NCBI GenBank assembly: GCA_046539845.1
Contig: JBKHGE010000013.1
Coordinates: forward strand, 1-50,412
Origin: Desulfonatronovibrionaceae bacterium
GTDB lineage: Bacteria; Desulfobacterota; Desulfovibrionia; Desulfovibrionales; Desulfonatronovibrionaceae
DNA: 50,412 bases
Reading direction: 5' to 3'
This document shows, one piece after another, positions 29,315 through 40,825 of this stretch (position 1 is its first letter; each line of letters begins with the position of its first letter). Position numbers and translations under genes: made by a program. Under the pieces are notes generated by a model. That model saw only the letters and a program-made list of their open reading frames with translations. It made no database searches and was not told where the DNA came from.

Positions 29315-29605
29315 GAACTGTTATTCCTTTTACTGCATACGCCGGGCGGGCGCAAGCGGTTTTTTAAACGATCCGCTCCCCGGGCGCAGTCCACAGGCCC
29401 GAACCGGACAAAACCCAGCCTTGCGCATGCAAACAAAGAAGGAAGCCTTGCTTGATATATCCGCCCGGTTTCTGTACACAAAGGTGTCTTTTCTGCCGTG
29501 CCGAACCACCCCCGGACAGCGGCAGATGCTGATACACGCATGCCGACGGGCGGCTGGGGCAGGCATCCCCGAAAAGACAAAAGTGAAGAAACAGGATCTT
29601 AAATT

Positions 29606-30625
29606 ATGGCTATACTGGTAACCGGCGGCTGCGGCTTTATCGGCTCCAATTTCATACACTACTTCCTGGAAAAATACCCGGCAGCAGACGTGGTCAACCT
29701 GGACAAGCTGACCTATGCCGGGAACCCGGACAATCTCGAGGGGCTCCGGCCGGACTTAAAAGACAGATACACTTTTGTCCGCGGGGACATAGCGGATATC
29801 GATCTCGTATCCCGGTTGCTGCGGGAATATGCTGTCCGGGTCGTGGTCAATTTTGCCGCGGAAACCCATGTGGACCGTTCCATTGACGATCCGTCGGCAT
29901 TTATCACCACCAATATCCAGGGCACATACAACTTAATGGAATGCGCCCGGAAAATGGACATCCACAAGTTCGTGCACATCTCCACGGACGAGGTCTACGG
30001 TTCGCTAGGCCCGAGCGGGGAATTCACTGAAGACACCCCCCTGGCCCCGAACAGCCCGTATTCCGCCTCCAAGGCCGCAGCCGACCTTATGGCCCGCTCC
30101 TATTACAAGACCTATGGCTTTCCGGTCATAATCACCCGCTGCTCCAACAACTACGGTCCGTACCAATTCCCGGAAAAGCTCATTCCCTTAGCCTATCTAC
30201 GGGCGGTGCAGGACAGACCGGTCCCGGTTTACGGCCGCGGCGAGAATATCCGGGACTGGATATTCGTCCGAGACCACTGCCGCGGGATAGCTCTGAGCAT
30301 GGAAAAGGGCCGTCCGGGCGCGGTATACAATTTCGGCGGTGACGCGGAGAAAAAAAACATTGACGTGGTGCGCTCCGTGCTTGATTTTGCGGGCAAAAGC
30401 CATGAGCTGATCACCTTTGTCCAGGACCGGCCCGGCCACGATCTGCGCTATGCCATGGACTACAGCCTGGCCCGGTCCGAACTGGGCTGGGAACCCCGAA
30501 CCACTTTCGTGGACGGCCTGGCTGAAACTCTGACCTGGTATAAAAACAACCGGCAATGGGTGGCAAAGGTGCAAAGAGGCGAGTATCAGCAATTCATGGA
30601 CAAATGGTACAAGGAGCGCTGCTGA
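29606..30625 (+). CDS. rfbB: dTDP-glucose 4,6-dehydratase
   Basis: TGGCGFIGSNF, DKLTYAGN, AAETHVDRS, STDEVYG and YSASK motifs. Confidence 0.95.
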   Translation: MAILVTGGCGFIGSNFIHYFLEKYPAADVVNLDKLTYAGNPDNLEGLRPDLKDRYTFVRGDIADIDLVSRLLREYAVRVVVNFAAETHVDRSIDDPSAFITTNIQGTYNLMECARKMDIHKFVHISTDEVYGSLGPSGEFTEDTPLAPNSPYSASKAAADLMARSYYKTYGFPVIITRCSNNYGPYQFPEKLIPLAYLRAVQDRPVPVYGRGENIRDWIFVRDHCRGIALSMEKGRPGAVYNFGGDAEKKNIDVVRSVLDFAGKSHELITFVQDRPGHDLRYAMDYSLARSELGWEPRTTFVDGLAETLTWYKNNRQWVAKVQRGEYQQFMDKWYKERC

Positions 30626-31485
30626 TGGAACCTGGAAAGGCCCTGATACCCGGCGGAAAAACCGGACTTCTGGGGCAGGCGTTGACCGCGGCCCTGGACG
30701 AAAACGGCTGGAGCGTTCTACCCCTGAAAAGCGACGATCTGGATCTGTTTGACCGGGAGGCAGTAAACAGCGTGCTACAAAATCGGGGCATCACGCACAT
30801 CTTTAATTGCGCCGCTTACACCCGGGTGGATGACGCGGAAGAGGAGCCGGCCGAGGCCCGACACCTGAACCGAGATCTGCCGGCCGCCTTGGGCAGGGCC
30901 GCCTGCGACAGCGGGACCGCTTTGATCCATTTCAGCACTGATTTTGTGTTCAACGGCAAAAAAAACTGCCCTTACTCCCCTGAGGATGAGCCCGATCCGA
31001 TCAATGTCTACGGGCAGACCAAGCTGGCCGGGGAAAAGGCCCTTTTGAAACTGGAGATACCTGAGCTCTTGATAATCCGCACCGCCTGGCTTTTCGGGCC
31101 GGGGAAAAGCAATTTCGTGACCAAGATCCTGGAGCTGGCCCCAAAAAACAACCCCCTGCACGTGGTCCACGACCAGATAGGCTCACCCACGTATACGAAA
31201 GACCTGGCCCGCCACACCCTAGAGCTTTTGGAAAACGAAGGCCGGGGAATCTATCACGTGGTCAACAGCGGAGAGGCCTCCTGGTGCGAGCTGGCTGCGG
31301 AGGCCCTGGCTTGCGTCGGCTCCCCGGTAAAAGTCCACCCCGTGGACTCCAGCGCATTCCAGCAGAAGGCCAAGCGTCCCGGGTACTCTGTTTTGGACAT
31401 CTCCCGGCTGACCCGGACCACCTACCACAAGCCCAGGCCCTGGGCTCAAGCCCTGCGCGATTTCCTCTATCACACCGAGGTCTAG
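30625..31485 (+). CDS. rfbD: dTDP-4-dehydrorhamnose reductase
   Basis: G.TGLLG, AAYTRVD.AE, STDFVF, YGQTKLAGE and DQIGSPT motifs; TGATG overlap with rfbB. Confidence 0.93.
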   Translation: MEPGKALIPGGKTGLLGQALTAALDENGWSVLPLKSDDLDLFDREAVNSVLQNRGITHIFNCAAYTRVDDAEEEPAEARHLNRDLPAALGRAACDSGTALIHFSTDFVFNGKKNCPYSPEDEPDPINVYGQTKLAGEKALLKLEIPELLIIRTAWLFGPGKSNFVTKILELAPKNNPLHVVHDQIGSPTYTKDLARHTLELLENEGRGIYHVVNSGEASWCELAAEALACVGSPVKVHPVDSSAFQQKAKRPGYSVLDISRLTRTTYHKPRPWAQALRDFLYHTEV

Positions 31486-31668
31486 GGGGACAGTAGGCCC
31501 TAAAACATCCACTTTTTTCTTCCCCGGATATCTGGTTTGCAAACAACCGGCCTTGACACTTCCGGCACAGGCATTAGCTGTATTGATTGATGCGGCCGCA
31601 TCAAAGCCGGTTTCAGGGCCAGAATCGACTAGGACACCGGCAAAACACTGCCGCCCGGACACAGGACC

Positions 31669-32706
31669 ATGCCCAGAGCCGATTATCTTGACCGCGAAAA
31701 AAAGATCCTGGAGACAGTGATCCGGGAATACATCCGTACAGGACGCCCGGTGGGATCGCGAACCGTGGCCCGGGCCCCGGGGATAAACCTGAGCGCGGCC
31801 ACAGTACGCAACGTGATGTCCGATTTGGAATCCAGGGAACTTCTGACCCAGCCGCATACCTCGGCCGGAAGGGTCCCTACTGTCGCGGGCATGCGCTTCT
31901 ACCTGAACTCCCTTCTCACCCTGGAAAAATTGGATCAGCGCCAAAAGGAACTTATCAAAAGATCCCTCATGGAATCCGGTCCGGACTTCAAGGCCACTCT
32001 GCGCCGGGCCTCCAGGGTCTTGTCCTCGTTTTCCAACCAGATAGCCATGGTCATGTCCCCGGCGGAAAAAGCGGCGGTATGGAAACAGATAGATTTTGTC
32101 CTGCTCAAGCCCGGCCTGGTCATGTCCGTCCTGGTCCTGGAGGGGGGGCTTGTCTCCAACCGGGTCATCGAGACGGGGAAAAAGCTGACTGCAGACGATC
32201 TCATCCGGTACTCTAATTACCTGAACGACAACTTCCAGGGCCGGACCGTGGCCGGGATACGCCAGAGCATAATAAGGCAGCTCCATAGCACCAAGCAGAG
32301 ATTAAAGGACCTCTACCAGCAAGCGCTCAGCCTGGCCTATGACGCCTGTGAGGAGGCCCCGGAGCGAGAATTGTACGTGGGCGGGGCCACCAACGCCCTG
32401 GATCAGGAAAATCCGGATTTTTCCCAGCTCAAGGATCTGCTTGAACTTTTGGAGGAAAAATCCAGCCTGCTCAACCTGCTGGATAAAACAGTCAAGGCCT
32501 CGGACCTGCGGGTCTTCTTCCCCCAGGATCACGGCTTGAGCAATCTGTCCAACTATAGTCTCATCTCCTCCCCGTACGGGCCGGGAGAGAACGTTCTAGG
32601 CACGGTCGGAGTGGTCGGACCGGTACACATGAACTACCCGCTGCTCATACCAACGGTTGACTTGGTCGCAGAAATTCTTACTCAATTATTTCAGAACAAT
32701 TCCTGA
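31669..32706 (+). CDS. hrcA: Heat-inducible transcription repressor HrcA
   Basis: PVGSRT, SAATVRNVMSDLE, QPHTSAGRVPT and GVVGPVHMNY motifs. Confidence 0.95.
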   Translation: MPRADYLDREKKILETVIREYIRTGRPVGSRTVARAPGINLSAATVRNVMSDLESRELLTQPHTSAGRVPTVAGMRFYLNSLLTLEKLDQRQKELIKRSLMESGPDFKATLRRASRVLSSFSNQIAMVMSPAEKAAVWKQIDFVLLKPGLVMSVLVLEGGLVSNRVIETGKKLTADDLIRYSNYLNDNFQGRTVAGIRQSIIRQLHSTKQRLKDLYQQALSLAYDACEEAPERELYVGGATNALDQENPDFSQLKDLLELLEEKSSLLNLLDKTVKASDLRVFFPQDHGLSNLSNYSLISSPYGPGENVLGTVGVVGPVHMNYPLLIPTVDLVAEILTQLFQNNS

Positions 32707-32742
32707 AAAAAGCGAGCATACTCATATTACGGAGGTTTACGC

Positions 32743-33363
32743 ATGACCAGGGACAAGAAGAAGGACAAAAAGGAAGAACAAAACCGGGAAGCAGGACCCG
32801 AGGAGCAAAAAGAGACCCAGGAACGGGAAGAGGAGCCTTCGGTAAAGGATAAGCTGACTGCAGCGGACATTACCGGGGATGAATTGTGGGAGTACTGTCA
32901 ACAGGCATTCTGCGGAGAATGCGTTCTTTTGAAACAGTGCCAGGAACAGCAGCTGCGCACGGTTGCCGAGGCGGAAAACAGGCAGAAGAGACTGGAACGG
33001 GAAAAGGAAGAATTCTGCAGATACGCTTCCTCCCGGATTATAGAAGAACTTTTGCCGGTGGTGGACAATCTGGAACTGGCTTTGGAACACGCGGGCGACG
33101 ACGAGGCCTGCCGGGGGCTGCGCGAAGGCGTGGAAATGACCAAGAACATCTTCCTGGAGACCCTTAAAAAGCACGGTCTGACCCCGGTCGGGGAGAGCGG
33201 GGAGGAATTCGACCCCAATATCCACGAGGCCATGGCCCAGCAGGAAACCGAGGATATGGAGGAAGGCCTGGTCTGGCAGATGCTGCAAAGGGGCTACAAA
33301 CTGAACGACAGGCTGTTGCGGCCGGCCAAGGTCATAGTCAGCAAAAAAAGCAATAAGGACTAA
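32743..33363 (+). CDS. grpE: Nucleotide exchange factor GrpE
   Basis: LLPVVDNLELAL, FDPNIHEAM and GYKLNDRLLRPAKVIV motifs. Confidence 0.95.
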   Translation: MTRDKKKDKKEEQNREAGPEEQKETQEREEEPSVKDKLTAADITGDELWEYCQQAFCGECVLLKQCQEQQLRTVAEAENRQKRLEREKEEFCRYASSRIIEELLPVVDNLELALEHAGDDEACRGLREGVEMTKNIFLETLKKHGLTPVGESGEEFDPNIHEAMAQQETEDMEEGLVWQMLQRGYKLNDRLLRPAKVIVSKKSNKD

Positions 33364-33445
33364 TTTCCTTTTCCCTCTTTACACAGCCGAAAACAGACTT
33401 ATCAATGATAACGGAACCACAAAATCAGACTAGGAGGCAAAATAT

Positions 33446-35368
33446 ATGAGCAAGATTATAGGTATTGATCTGGGAACGACAAACAGTTGCGTGTATGTAA
33501 TGGAGGGGAAGGAATCCAAATGCATCACCAATCCGGAAGGGGGCCGGACCACACCGTCGATCGTGGCTTTCACGGATAAGGAGCGTTTGGTCGGTGATAT
33601 CGCCAAGCGTCAGGCGGTGACCAATCCGGAGAACACTGTCTCCTCGGTGAAACGGCTCATGGGCCGGGAGTTCAACGACCCGGTCCTGGAAAAATGGAAG
33701 GAAAAGAGCCCGTATAAGATCGTGGCCGGAAAGAACAACGATGCTTATGTGCAGGTGCGGGACAAGAAATACAGCCCCCCGGAGATCTCGGCCATGATTT
33801 TGCAGAAGCTGAAAAGCGATGCTGAATCCTATCTCGGGGAGAAGGTGACTGAAGCGGTAATCACCGTGCCGGCCTATTTCAACGATAACCAGAGGCAGGC
33901 CACCAAAGACGCGGGTAAGATTGCCGGCCTGGAGGTCAAGCGGATAATCAACGAACCCACCGCAGCCTCCCTGGCCTATGGCGCGGACAAGAACAAAAAC
34001 GAAAAGATCGCCGTGTTCGACCTCGGCGGCGGAACATTCGACATCTCCATCCTGGAGGTCGGGGACAACGTGGTCGAGGTCAGGGCGACCAACGGAGACA
34101 CCTTCTTGGGCGGAGAGGACTTCGACCAGCAGATAATAAACTACCTGGTGGATGAATTCAAAAAGGAGAACGGGATAGATCTCTCCCAGGACAAGATGGC
34201 CCTGCAAAGGCTGCGCGAGGCCGCGGAAAAGGCCAAGAAAGAACTGTCCACCTCTATGGAGACGGACATCAATCTGCCGTTTATCACTGCGGACCAAAAC
34301 GGGCCCAAGCACATGAATATGAAGCTGACCCGGAGCAAAGTGGAAGCCCTGGTGGACCACTTGGTGGACCGCTCCATAGAACCATGTAAAAAGGCCCTGG
34401 AAGACGCGGAAATCAAGGCCTCGGACATAAACGAGGTCATCCTGGTCGGGGGGATGACCCGCATGCCCCTGGTGCAGAAGAAGGTAACCGAATTCTTTGG
34501 CAAAGATCCGAACCGCAGCGTGAACCCGGACGAGGTCGTGGCCATGGGCGCGGCCATCCAGGGCGGCATCATGGCCGGAGACGTCAAGGATGTATTGCTT
34601 CTGGACGTAACTCCTCTGTCTCTGGGTATCGAGACCATGGGCGGGGTATTCACCAAGCTGATTGAAAAGAACACCACCATCCCGACCAAAAAGAGCCAGA
34701 TCTTCACTACTGCCGCGGACAACCAGCCCTCGGTGTCCATTCATGTCCTGCAGGGCGAGCGCCCCATGGCCGCGGACAACATGACCCTGGGCCGCTTCGA
34801 GCTGACCGGGCTCCCGGCTGCTCCGCGCGGCGTACCCCAGATCGAGGTCACCTTTGACATCGACGCCAACGGCATAGTCAATGTCTCGGCCAAGGACACC
34901 GGCACGGGCAAGGAGCAATCCATCCAGATCACCGCATCCAGCGGACTGTCCGAGGATGATATCGAGAAGATGGTTAAGGAGGCCGAATCCCACGCCGAAG
35001 AGGACAAGAAAAAACAAAAGCTCATTGAGGCCAGGAACAACGCGGATACCCTCATCTACACCACAGAAAAATCTCTGCGCGATGTGGGCGAAAACATCGA
35101 CCCCGGGACCAAGAGCGAAATCGAAGGCAAGATTGAAGAGCTGAAAAAGGTGATGGAGCAGGAAGACGAGGAAGCGATCCGCAAAGCGACCGAAGACTTG
35201 GCCCAGTCCTCGCACAAGCTGGCCGAGAACCTGTATAACCAGCAGAATGAAAGTCAGCAGCAGGCCGGCACTGATGCCGGCGGCGCCCAGGCTGGACAGA
35301 ACGCCGGCGGCGAAGGCGGTAGCGACGACGAGGACGTTGTGGACGCAGACTACACAGAGGTCAAATAA
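33446..35368 (+). CDS. dnaK: Chaperone DnaK
   Basis: [37 protein letters not shown] and a DADYTEVK end. Confidence 0.99.
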   Translation: MSKIIGIDLGTTNSCVYVMEGKESKCITNPEGGRTTPSIVAFTDKERLVGDIAKRQAVTNPENTVSSVKRLMGREFNDPVLEKWKEKSPYKIVAGKNNDAYVQVRDKKYSPPEISAMILQKLKSDAESYLGEKVTEAVITVPAYFNDNQRQATKDAGKIAGLEVKRIINEPTAASLAYGADKNKNEKIAVFDLGGGTFDISILEVGDNVVEVRATNGDTFLGGEDFDQQIINYLVDEFKKENGIDLSQDKMALQRLREAAEKAKKELSTSMETDINLPFITADQNGPKHMNMKLTRSKVEALVDHLVDRSIEPCKKALEDAEIKASDINEVILVGGMTRMPLVQKKVTEFFGKDPNRSVNPDEVVAMGAAIQGGIMAGDVKDVLLLDVTPLSLGIETMGGVFTKLIEKNTTIPTKKSQIFTTAADNQPSVSIHVLQGERPMAADNMTLGRFELTGLPAAPRGVPQIEVTFDIDANGIVNVSAKDTGTGKEQSIQITASSGLSEDDIEKMVKEAESHAEEDKKKQKLIEARNNADTLIYTTEKSLRDVGENIDPGTKSEIEGKIEELKKVMEQEDEEAIRKATEDLAQSSHKLAENLYNQQNESQQQAGTDAGGAQAGQNAGGEGGSDDEDVVDADYTEVK

Positions 35369-35423
35369 CCGGAAGGCAATCCGGGACTCTCCTTGACACC
35401 CGGGCACCCGCTCTCTATATCAG

Positions 35424-35456
35424 AAGGCCTGGACCGTAATAGGTCCAGGCCTTTTT
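35424..35456 (+). terminator. Intrinsic terminator of the dnaK operon
   Basis: AAGGCCTGGACC-loop-GGTCCAGGCCTT stem followed by a T-run. Confidence 0.8.
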
Positions 35457-35537
35457 GCATTTGCGGCCGGAACCAGATCCGGATTCCGCCAACCCTGAAC
35501 CCGGCTTTTGCAGCCTGCAACAGGTTTGAAAGACAAC

Positions 35538-37541
35538 ATGAACAAGACTCTGCCCGGATATATCGTTATTCTTTTTTTGATGCCTCTCTTTGTCTTTGGG
35601 GGCTGCGCCCCCAAAAAAAAGATCGAGCCCCCCAAGGTCCCGGAACCAGCGCCGATTTCGGCCGAGTCCGCTGATTCCGCCTGGGAGGACGAGGATTTCA
35701 GACGCTCAGCAGAACTGTATAAAAAACTCCTGCAGGACACCGATCCCGAAGGGGAAACAAGGTCGCTCTACTATTACCGGCTGGCCGCCTCCTTAAAGAA
35801 CCTGGACCGCTGCTCGGAAGCGGAAAGGGCTCTTGAGGCCTGGTCCCAGAGGGATCCCCTGGCCCGGACAAAATGGAGATGGCACGAGGTCCGGACCGAA
35901 TGCCTGTTAAAGGCCCAGGATAAAGAGGCCTGGAAAGACCATCTGACCGAGGTCATTCTCGGCTCCAGATATCCCTACCCCTTGAAAAAAAAGGCGGCCG
36001 ACCTTTTAATCCGGCACTTCTGGAAGCAAAAGGACTATGCAGCCGCCCTGCCCATTCTGTCCGAACTCTTTGACCGGACCGAGGAAAAAGACCGGCGCGT
36101 GGAACTGCAAAACATGGCCCTGAACCGCTTTAACGGCCTTTCCGACCAGGCCCTCTCCCGGCTGGAGGAAAGCGAGCGCAAGACACAAAAACCCCCGGGG
36201 TTCCCATACAACCTTCTGGCCTGGAGCTATTGGCTACGCGAAGCAGAGCAGAACCCGGAATCCTGGGAAGAGATATGGCCGCATCTGCACTCCGTGGCCT
36301 ACGGCGATGACCTGCCGGACCCGGATCCATTGCGGGAGAAGCTCCGGGAGTTGGAAGAGGAGCTGGGCGAAATCGGCAGGCGTATCTGCCTGACCATTCC
36401 TTTGTCCGGGTCCTACTCCAAAGTGGGCTGGAAGGTCCTGCGAGGGGCGAGCCTGGCCCAGTGGGAACTGGCCAAAAAAGGCAAAAAGATCCGGGTCACA
36501 ACTGTTAACACCGGAGAAAAAGGCTGGAGAGACAAAATAGACGACCTCCCCGGGACCCGAATCTTTGGAGGGCCTTTGACCGGGGAGAACTGGGAGCGGA
36601 TCAAAGAAAGCGGGCTGCACCGCAACCGGGTTTTCTTCACCTTCCTTTCCAGCCTGAAAAACGAAGGCAGGGACGGATGGCGATTCTTCCCCTCCCCCCG
36701 GGATCAGGTACGCAGACTGCTTCAGCCCAGCGTGGACCGGCTGAACATTCGCCGCTACGCCATCCTGTATCCGGAGGATGACTACGGCAGGGATATGGCC
36801 CGCATTTTTTGGAAAGAGGCCACAGAGAACGGGGCCAAAATCACCGGAATGCAGTCCTATCCCCCGGACAAACCCACAGAATGGGGGAAAGCGGTCCAAA
36901 CACTTTTACAGGTGGAAGACCCGGAAGACCCCACCCAGACTCCGGACCCAGATTTTCAGGCGGTGTTCATCCCGGATTCCTTTTCCCGGGTCGAGGGTAT
37001 TGTCCCGCAATTCTTCTACTACGATGAAGAGAGGCTCTTGTTTTTGGGCCCCATGCTCTGGTCTCAGAGTTCCGCGGCCTCCAACCTGGAAAACAACTAC
37101 TTCGGACTGGCCCTGACTAACGGGCCCTGGATGCCGGATTCCCCTTCCGGTTCCAGGCGGGACTTGGCCGAGGCCCTGGAGCTGACCATGCAGGGCGAGC
37201 CGGACTTCTGGACCGCCCTGGGCTACGATTTTGTCCGCCATTGCTCCCGGATGCCGGATATCGACTCTGGGCGGGAGGACATTAACCGCAGCTTGGCCGA
37301 GCTGCCCGCCATGCAGTGGACCATGGCCCCGATTACCTGGGACCGGGATGGGCTGGCCACTCAGAATCTGTATGTCCTGCGTTTCTCCGGGACCGGGCTC
37401 GTTCCGGCCCACTATCCCAGTGTCGAGGCCCTTATCTTGCACAGGAAGGATAAACACTCCAAGCGCATGGAAAAACTGGAGAAAGAGCTGGAGGAAGAAA
37501 AAGAGGCCGGGGAGGATAATCCCGGGGAGCTACAGCCGTAA
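35538..37541 (+). CDS. Lipoprotein, LpoA/LppC-like penicillin-binding protein activator
   Basis: Lipobox VFGGC, a TPR-like N-terminus and a periplasmic-binding-protein-like C-terminus (IPLSGSY, YAILYPEDDYG, ALGYDF). Confidence 0.7.
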   Translation: MNKTLPGYIVILFLMPLFVFGGCAPKKKIEPPKVPEPAPISAESADSAWEDEDFRRSAELYKKLLQDTDPEGETRSLYYYRLAASLKNLDRCSEAERALEAWSQRDPLARTKWRWHEVRTECLLKAQDKEAWKDHLTEVILGSRYPYPLKKKAADLLIRHFWKQKDYAAALPILSELFDRTEEKDRRVELQNMALNRFNGLSDQALSRLEESERKTQKPPGFPYNLLAWSYWLREAEQNPESWEEIWPHLHSVAYGDDLPDPDPLREKLRELEEELGEIGRRICLTIPLSGSYSKVGWKVLRGASLAQWELAKKGKKIRVTTVNTGEKGWRDKIDDLPGTRIFGGPLTGENWERIKESGLHRNRVFFTFLSSLKNEGRDGWRFFPSPRDQVRRLLQPSVDRLNIRRYAILYPEDDYGRDMARIFWKEATENGAKITGMQSYPPDKPTEWGKAVQTLLQVEDPEDPTQTPDPDFQAVFIPDSFSRVEGIVPQFFYYDEERLLFLGPMLWSQSSAASNLENNYFGLALTNGPWMPDSPSGSRRDLAEALELTMQGEPDFWTALGYDFVRHCSRMPDIDSGREDINRSLAELPAMQWTMAPITWDRDGLATQNLYVLRFSGTGLVPAHYPSVEALILHRKDKHSKRMEKLEKELEEEKEAGEDNPGELQP

Positions 37542-37566
37542 ACAAGTTGTAACCAGGATAGACATC

Positions 37567-37851
37567 ATGGCAATAAGCAAGGACGAAGTGCGCAGCGTGG
37601 CCGAACTGGCCCGGCTGCAACTGGAAGAAAAAAAATTGGACCAGTTCGCTAAGCAGATGGATTCCATACTGGAATACGTGCACAAGCTGGAGGAGGTGGA
37701 CACCTCAGCGGTGGAGCCCATGTACACCCCTGTGGACAATACCACTGTTTTGCGCAAGGACCGGGAAACCAAGGAACACTCCAGAGAGGAAATCCTGGAG
37801 AACGCCCCGGGCGCAGACGGACAATTCTTTACGGTCCCGAAGATAATTTAG
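37567..37851 (+). CDS. gatC: Asp/Glu-tRNA amidotransferase subunit C
   Basis: MAISKDEVRSVAELARL...ILENAP...FTVPKII. Confidence 0.93.
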   Translation: MAISKDEVRSVAELARLQLEEKKLDQFAKQMDSILEYVHKLEEVDTSAVEPMYTPVDNTTVLRKDRETKEHSREEILENAPGADGQFFTVPKII

Positions 37852-38005
37852 CTGACTGTTAAAAAAATTTTTGTAACCCAGGCCGTTAAAAATCCCCAGG
37901 AACGGCGGTAAACAGTTCAAGACTCACGCGTACTTATCTGTATTGAACTTTTTCCCGCCCTGCTCACATTGGGAGATTTAAGGCCGGCCGGTTAAGGACA
38001 AAGAG

Positions 38006-39490
38006 ATGACATCCATCAATACCAACCAAAGCATGCTGGAGACAGCGGAACACATCGCCGCAGGCCGGTCAAGCGCCCGGGAGGTGACCGAGGTTTATCT
38101 GGAGCGGATAAAAGAGACCGAGCCGGGGATAAAAGCGATCATCACCCTGGACGAACAGGGGGCCGAACAGGTCGCGGACGAGCTGGACCGCCTCGGTCCC
38201 TCGCCGGAGCGCCCCCTGCACGGAGTGCCCTTTCTGCTCAAGGACATCCTGGTGACCAAAGGGCTCAGGACCACCTGCGGATCGCGCATCCTGGAAAATT
38301 TTATCCCTTTTTACGAGTCCACTGCGGTGAAAAGACTGCGGGCAAGCGGGGCGGTCATCCTGGGTAAGACCAATCTGGACGAATTCGCCATGGGCTCTTC
38401 CACCGAGAACTCCTCATTCGGCCCCACTTTCAACCCCTGGGACAGGAAACGGGTGCCCGGCGGATCCAGCGGGGGGTCGGCGGCCGCGGTGTGCGCCGGA
38501 CAGTGCGCGGCCAGCCTGGGTACAGACACCGGCGGGTCCATCCGCCAGCCTGCGGCCTTCTGCGGGGTGGTCGGGCTGAAGCCCACCTACGGCCTGGTAT
38601 CCAGATTCGGACTCATAGCCTACGGATCCTCCCTGGATCAGATCGGCCCCATAACCAGCACAGTGGCTGATGCAGCCGCAGTCCTCGGGGTCATAGCCGG
38701 GCACGACCCCAGAGACAGTACCAGTGTTAACCACCCGGTCCCGGACTATCTCCGTGCAATCCGCGGCTGCTCCGAGGATCTCTCCGGGCTGCGGGTGGGG
38801 GTGCCTGCGGAATACTGGGGGGACGGCCCGGACCGGGAAGTCAGCGAAAAATGCGCCGAGGCGCTGCAGGGCATGAAGGCGCTGGGGGCCAAAGAGGTGG
38901 AAATCAGCCTGCCGCATACGGAATACGCAGTGGCTGCCTACTATATCCTGGCCATGGCCGAGGCATCCTCCAACCTGGCCCGGTTTGACGGGGTCAGATT
39001 CGGTTACCGGGACAAAAGTGCGCCCGAGCTAAAAAAGATGTACGAGCTGTCCCGGAGTATGGGTTTCGGGGACGAGGTCAAGCGCCGGATTATGATCGGA
39101 ACCCACGCCTTGTCCTCGGGCTATTACGACGCCTACTACAAAAAGGCGGCCCAGATGCGCCGCCTGATCCGGGAGGACTTTATCCGGGCCTTTGAGCACT
39201 GCGATGTAATCTGCGCCCCGGTGGCCCCGACCACCGCCTTCAGGCTGGGGGAGAACACCTCTGATCCCCTTCAGATGTATCTGACCGATATCTATACCAA
39301 TTCCTTGAACCTGACCGGCCTTCCCGGGCTGAGCCTGCCCGTGGGCCTGGGCCGGGACAGCGGCATGCCCGTGGGGATGCAGATATTCTCCCCGGCCTTC
39401 TCTGAGGAACTCTTGCTTTGCACCGGGCATATCCTGGAAAAAAACCTGCCCGCTTTGCCTGAGCCGGCCGATCTCTTCTCCGCGGAATAG
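38006..39490 (+). CDS. gatA: Asp/Glu-tRNA amidotransferase subunit A
   Basis: [36 protein letters not shown] and SSNLARFDG motifs. Confidence 0.97.
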   Translation: MTSINTNQSMLETAEHIAAGRSSAREVTEVYLERIKETEPGIKAIITLDEQGAEQVADELDRLGPSPERPLHGVPFLLKDILVTKGLRTTCGSRILENFIPFYESTAVKRLRASGAVILGKTNLDEFAMGSSTENSSFGPTFNPWDRKRVPGGSSGGSAAAVCAGQCAASLGTDTGGSIRQPAAFCGVVGLKPTYGLVSRFGLIAYGSSLDQIGPITSTVADAAAVLGVIAGHDPRDSTSVNHPVPDYLRAIRGCSEDLSGLRVGVPAEYWGDGPDREVSEKCAEALQGMKALGAKEVEISLPHTEYAVAAYYILAMAEASSNLARFDGVRFGYRDKSAPELKKMYELSRSMGFGDEVKRRIMIGTHALSSGYYDAYYKKAAQMRRLIREDFIRAFEHCDVICAPVAPTTAFRLGENTSDPLQMYLTDIYTNSLNLTGLPGLSLPVGLGRDSGMPVGMQIFSPAFSEELLLCTGHILEKNLPALPEPADLFSAE

Positions 39491-39650
39491 GTGCATTGCT
39501 TGGCTGTTTGCTAAACTGCCCGGGGCTCAAACGGGCATATTTTGAAAGAGGGCCTGCCGCGGCAAAACACGACCTATCCGACAGGCTGGCAGCAAGAATC
39601 CGTCCCGCTCGTCCGGGGGCCGAAAACCGGTTTACGACCTGGAATAGCCC

Positions 39651-40682
39651 ATGCTTACAGCTGTCGCTTTGAGCGGCGGAGCGGACAGCCTGTCCGCTCT
39701 GAGCCGGGTCCGGGCGCAGGGAGACAAGGCCATTGCCGTGCACGCCTTTTTCCTGCCCCCGGAGGATCAGGACCGCTGGAAGACGGATCAGTTGCAAAAA
39801 CTATGCTCTCTTCTGGATGTCCGCCTGGTTACGCTCGATCTGTCTGCAGAGTTTGCACAGGAAATAATCCACCCGTTTATGGCCGCCTACAAGAACGGAC
39901 TCACGCCCAACCCTTGCAGCCTGTGCAACCGAAGGATAAAATTCAAACTGCTTCTTAAGCACTGCCTGGACCTGGGTGCGGAGCGCATGGCCACCGGTCA
40001 TTACGCAAGGCTTGTCCGGGGTTCCCTGTGGAGGGGAAAGGACCCGGCCAAGGATCAGAGCTATTTTTTGTCCCTGACAGAGGAAAAAAATCTGCGCCGG
40101 GCTGTTTTCCCTTTGGGGGAATCTTTTAAGCATAAAATCGTTTTTGATCTCAGAAAACAAGGACTCACCCCGGTGCAAAGAAACGAGAGCCAGGAAATCT
40201 GCTTCATCCCCGGGGATTACCGCGATTTTCTGCGCCGTAACTGCCCGGACTTGGGCGGCCCGGGGCCGATAATCGGGCCCGGGGGGGAACGCCTGGGGAC
40301 CCACCGCGGGCTGTGGGCCTATACTCCCGGACAGAGACGCGGCCTGGGCGTGGCCTACAGATATCCTTTGTACGTCCTGGACAAGGATCCGGCTGAAAAC
40401 GCCCTGATTGTCGGGGCAAAAGAAGACCTGGCGGTCTCGGGGTGCATGGTGCGCGCTCCGAACTTCCTGGTCCCACCCGAAAACTGGCCGGATACGGTCT
40501 GGATACAGACCCGTTACCGTCAAACGTCCAGTCCGGCCCGGGTCTTGGAAATAAGCAAAAAGAGAATGCGCATAAGCTTTATTCATCCCCAGAAAAAACC
40601 AGCCCCGGGCCAGACAGCCGCGATATACAGTGAAAAGGGACAGGTCCTGGCCGGGGCGGTAATAGCAAACGAAATCCCTTAG
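39651..40682 (+). CDS. mnmA: tRNA-specific 2-thiouridylase MnmA
   Basis: SGGADS, TPNPCSLCN, ATGHYAR, KDQSYFL, ESQEICF and PGQ motifs. Confidence 0.92.
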   Translation: MLTAVALSGGADSLSALSRVRAQGDKAIAVHAFFLPPEDQDRWKTDQLQKLCSLLDVRLVTLDLSAEFAQEIIHPFMAAYKNGLTPNPCSLCNRRIKFKLLLKHCLDLGAERMATGHYARLVRGSLWRGKDPAKDQSYFLSLTEEKNLRRAVFPLGESFKHKIVFDLRKQGLTPVQRNESQEICFIPGDYRDFLRRNCPDLGGPGPIIGPGGERLGTHRGLWAYTPGQRRGLGVAYRYPLYVLDKDPAENALIVGAKEDLAVSGCMVRAPNFLVPPENWPDTVWIQTRYRQTSSPARVLEISKKRMRISFIHPQKKPAPGQTAAIYSEKGQVLAGAVIANEIP

Positions 40683-40825
40683 CCGAGGGTTGAAAAATGC
40701 TTATATCCCTGCCCGTTCGAGAATCTCCAGGCCCGGCGCAAAAAAAGTTCAAACGGATGGAACTTTAAAATCCAGAAGCTGGGGGGGCAGAGATTTTAAC
40801 CCACTGCCGGCAGGATAAACAGACA

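Noticed and set aside
33425..35407. 660-aa ORF antisense to dnaK
   Set aside because: Well-known codon-bias shadow ORF opposite dnaK; no independent motifs.
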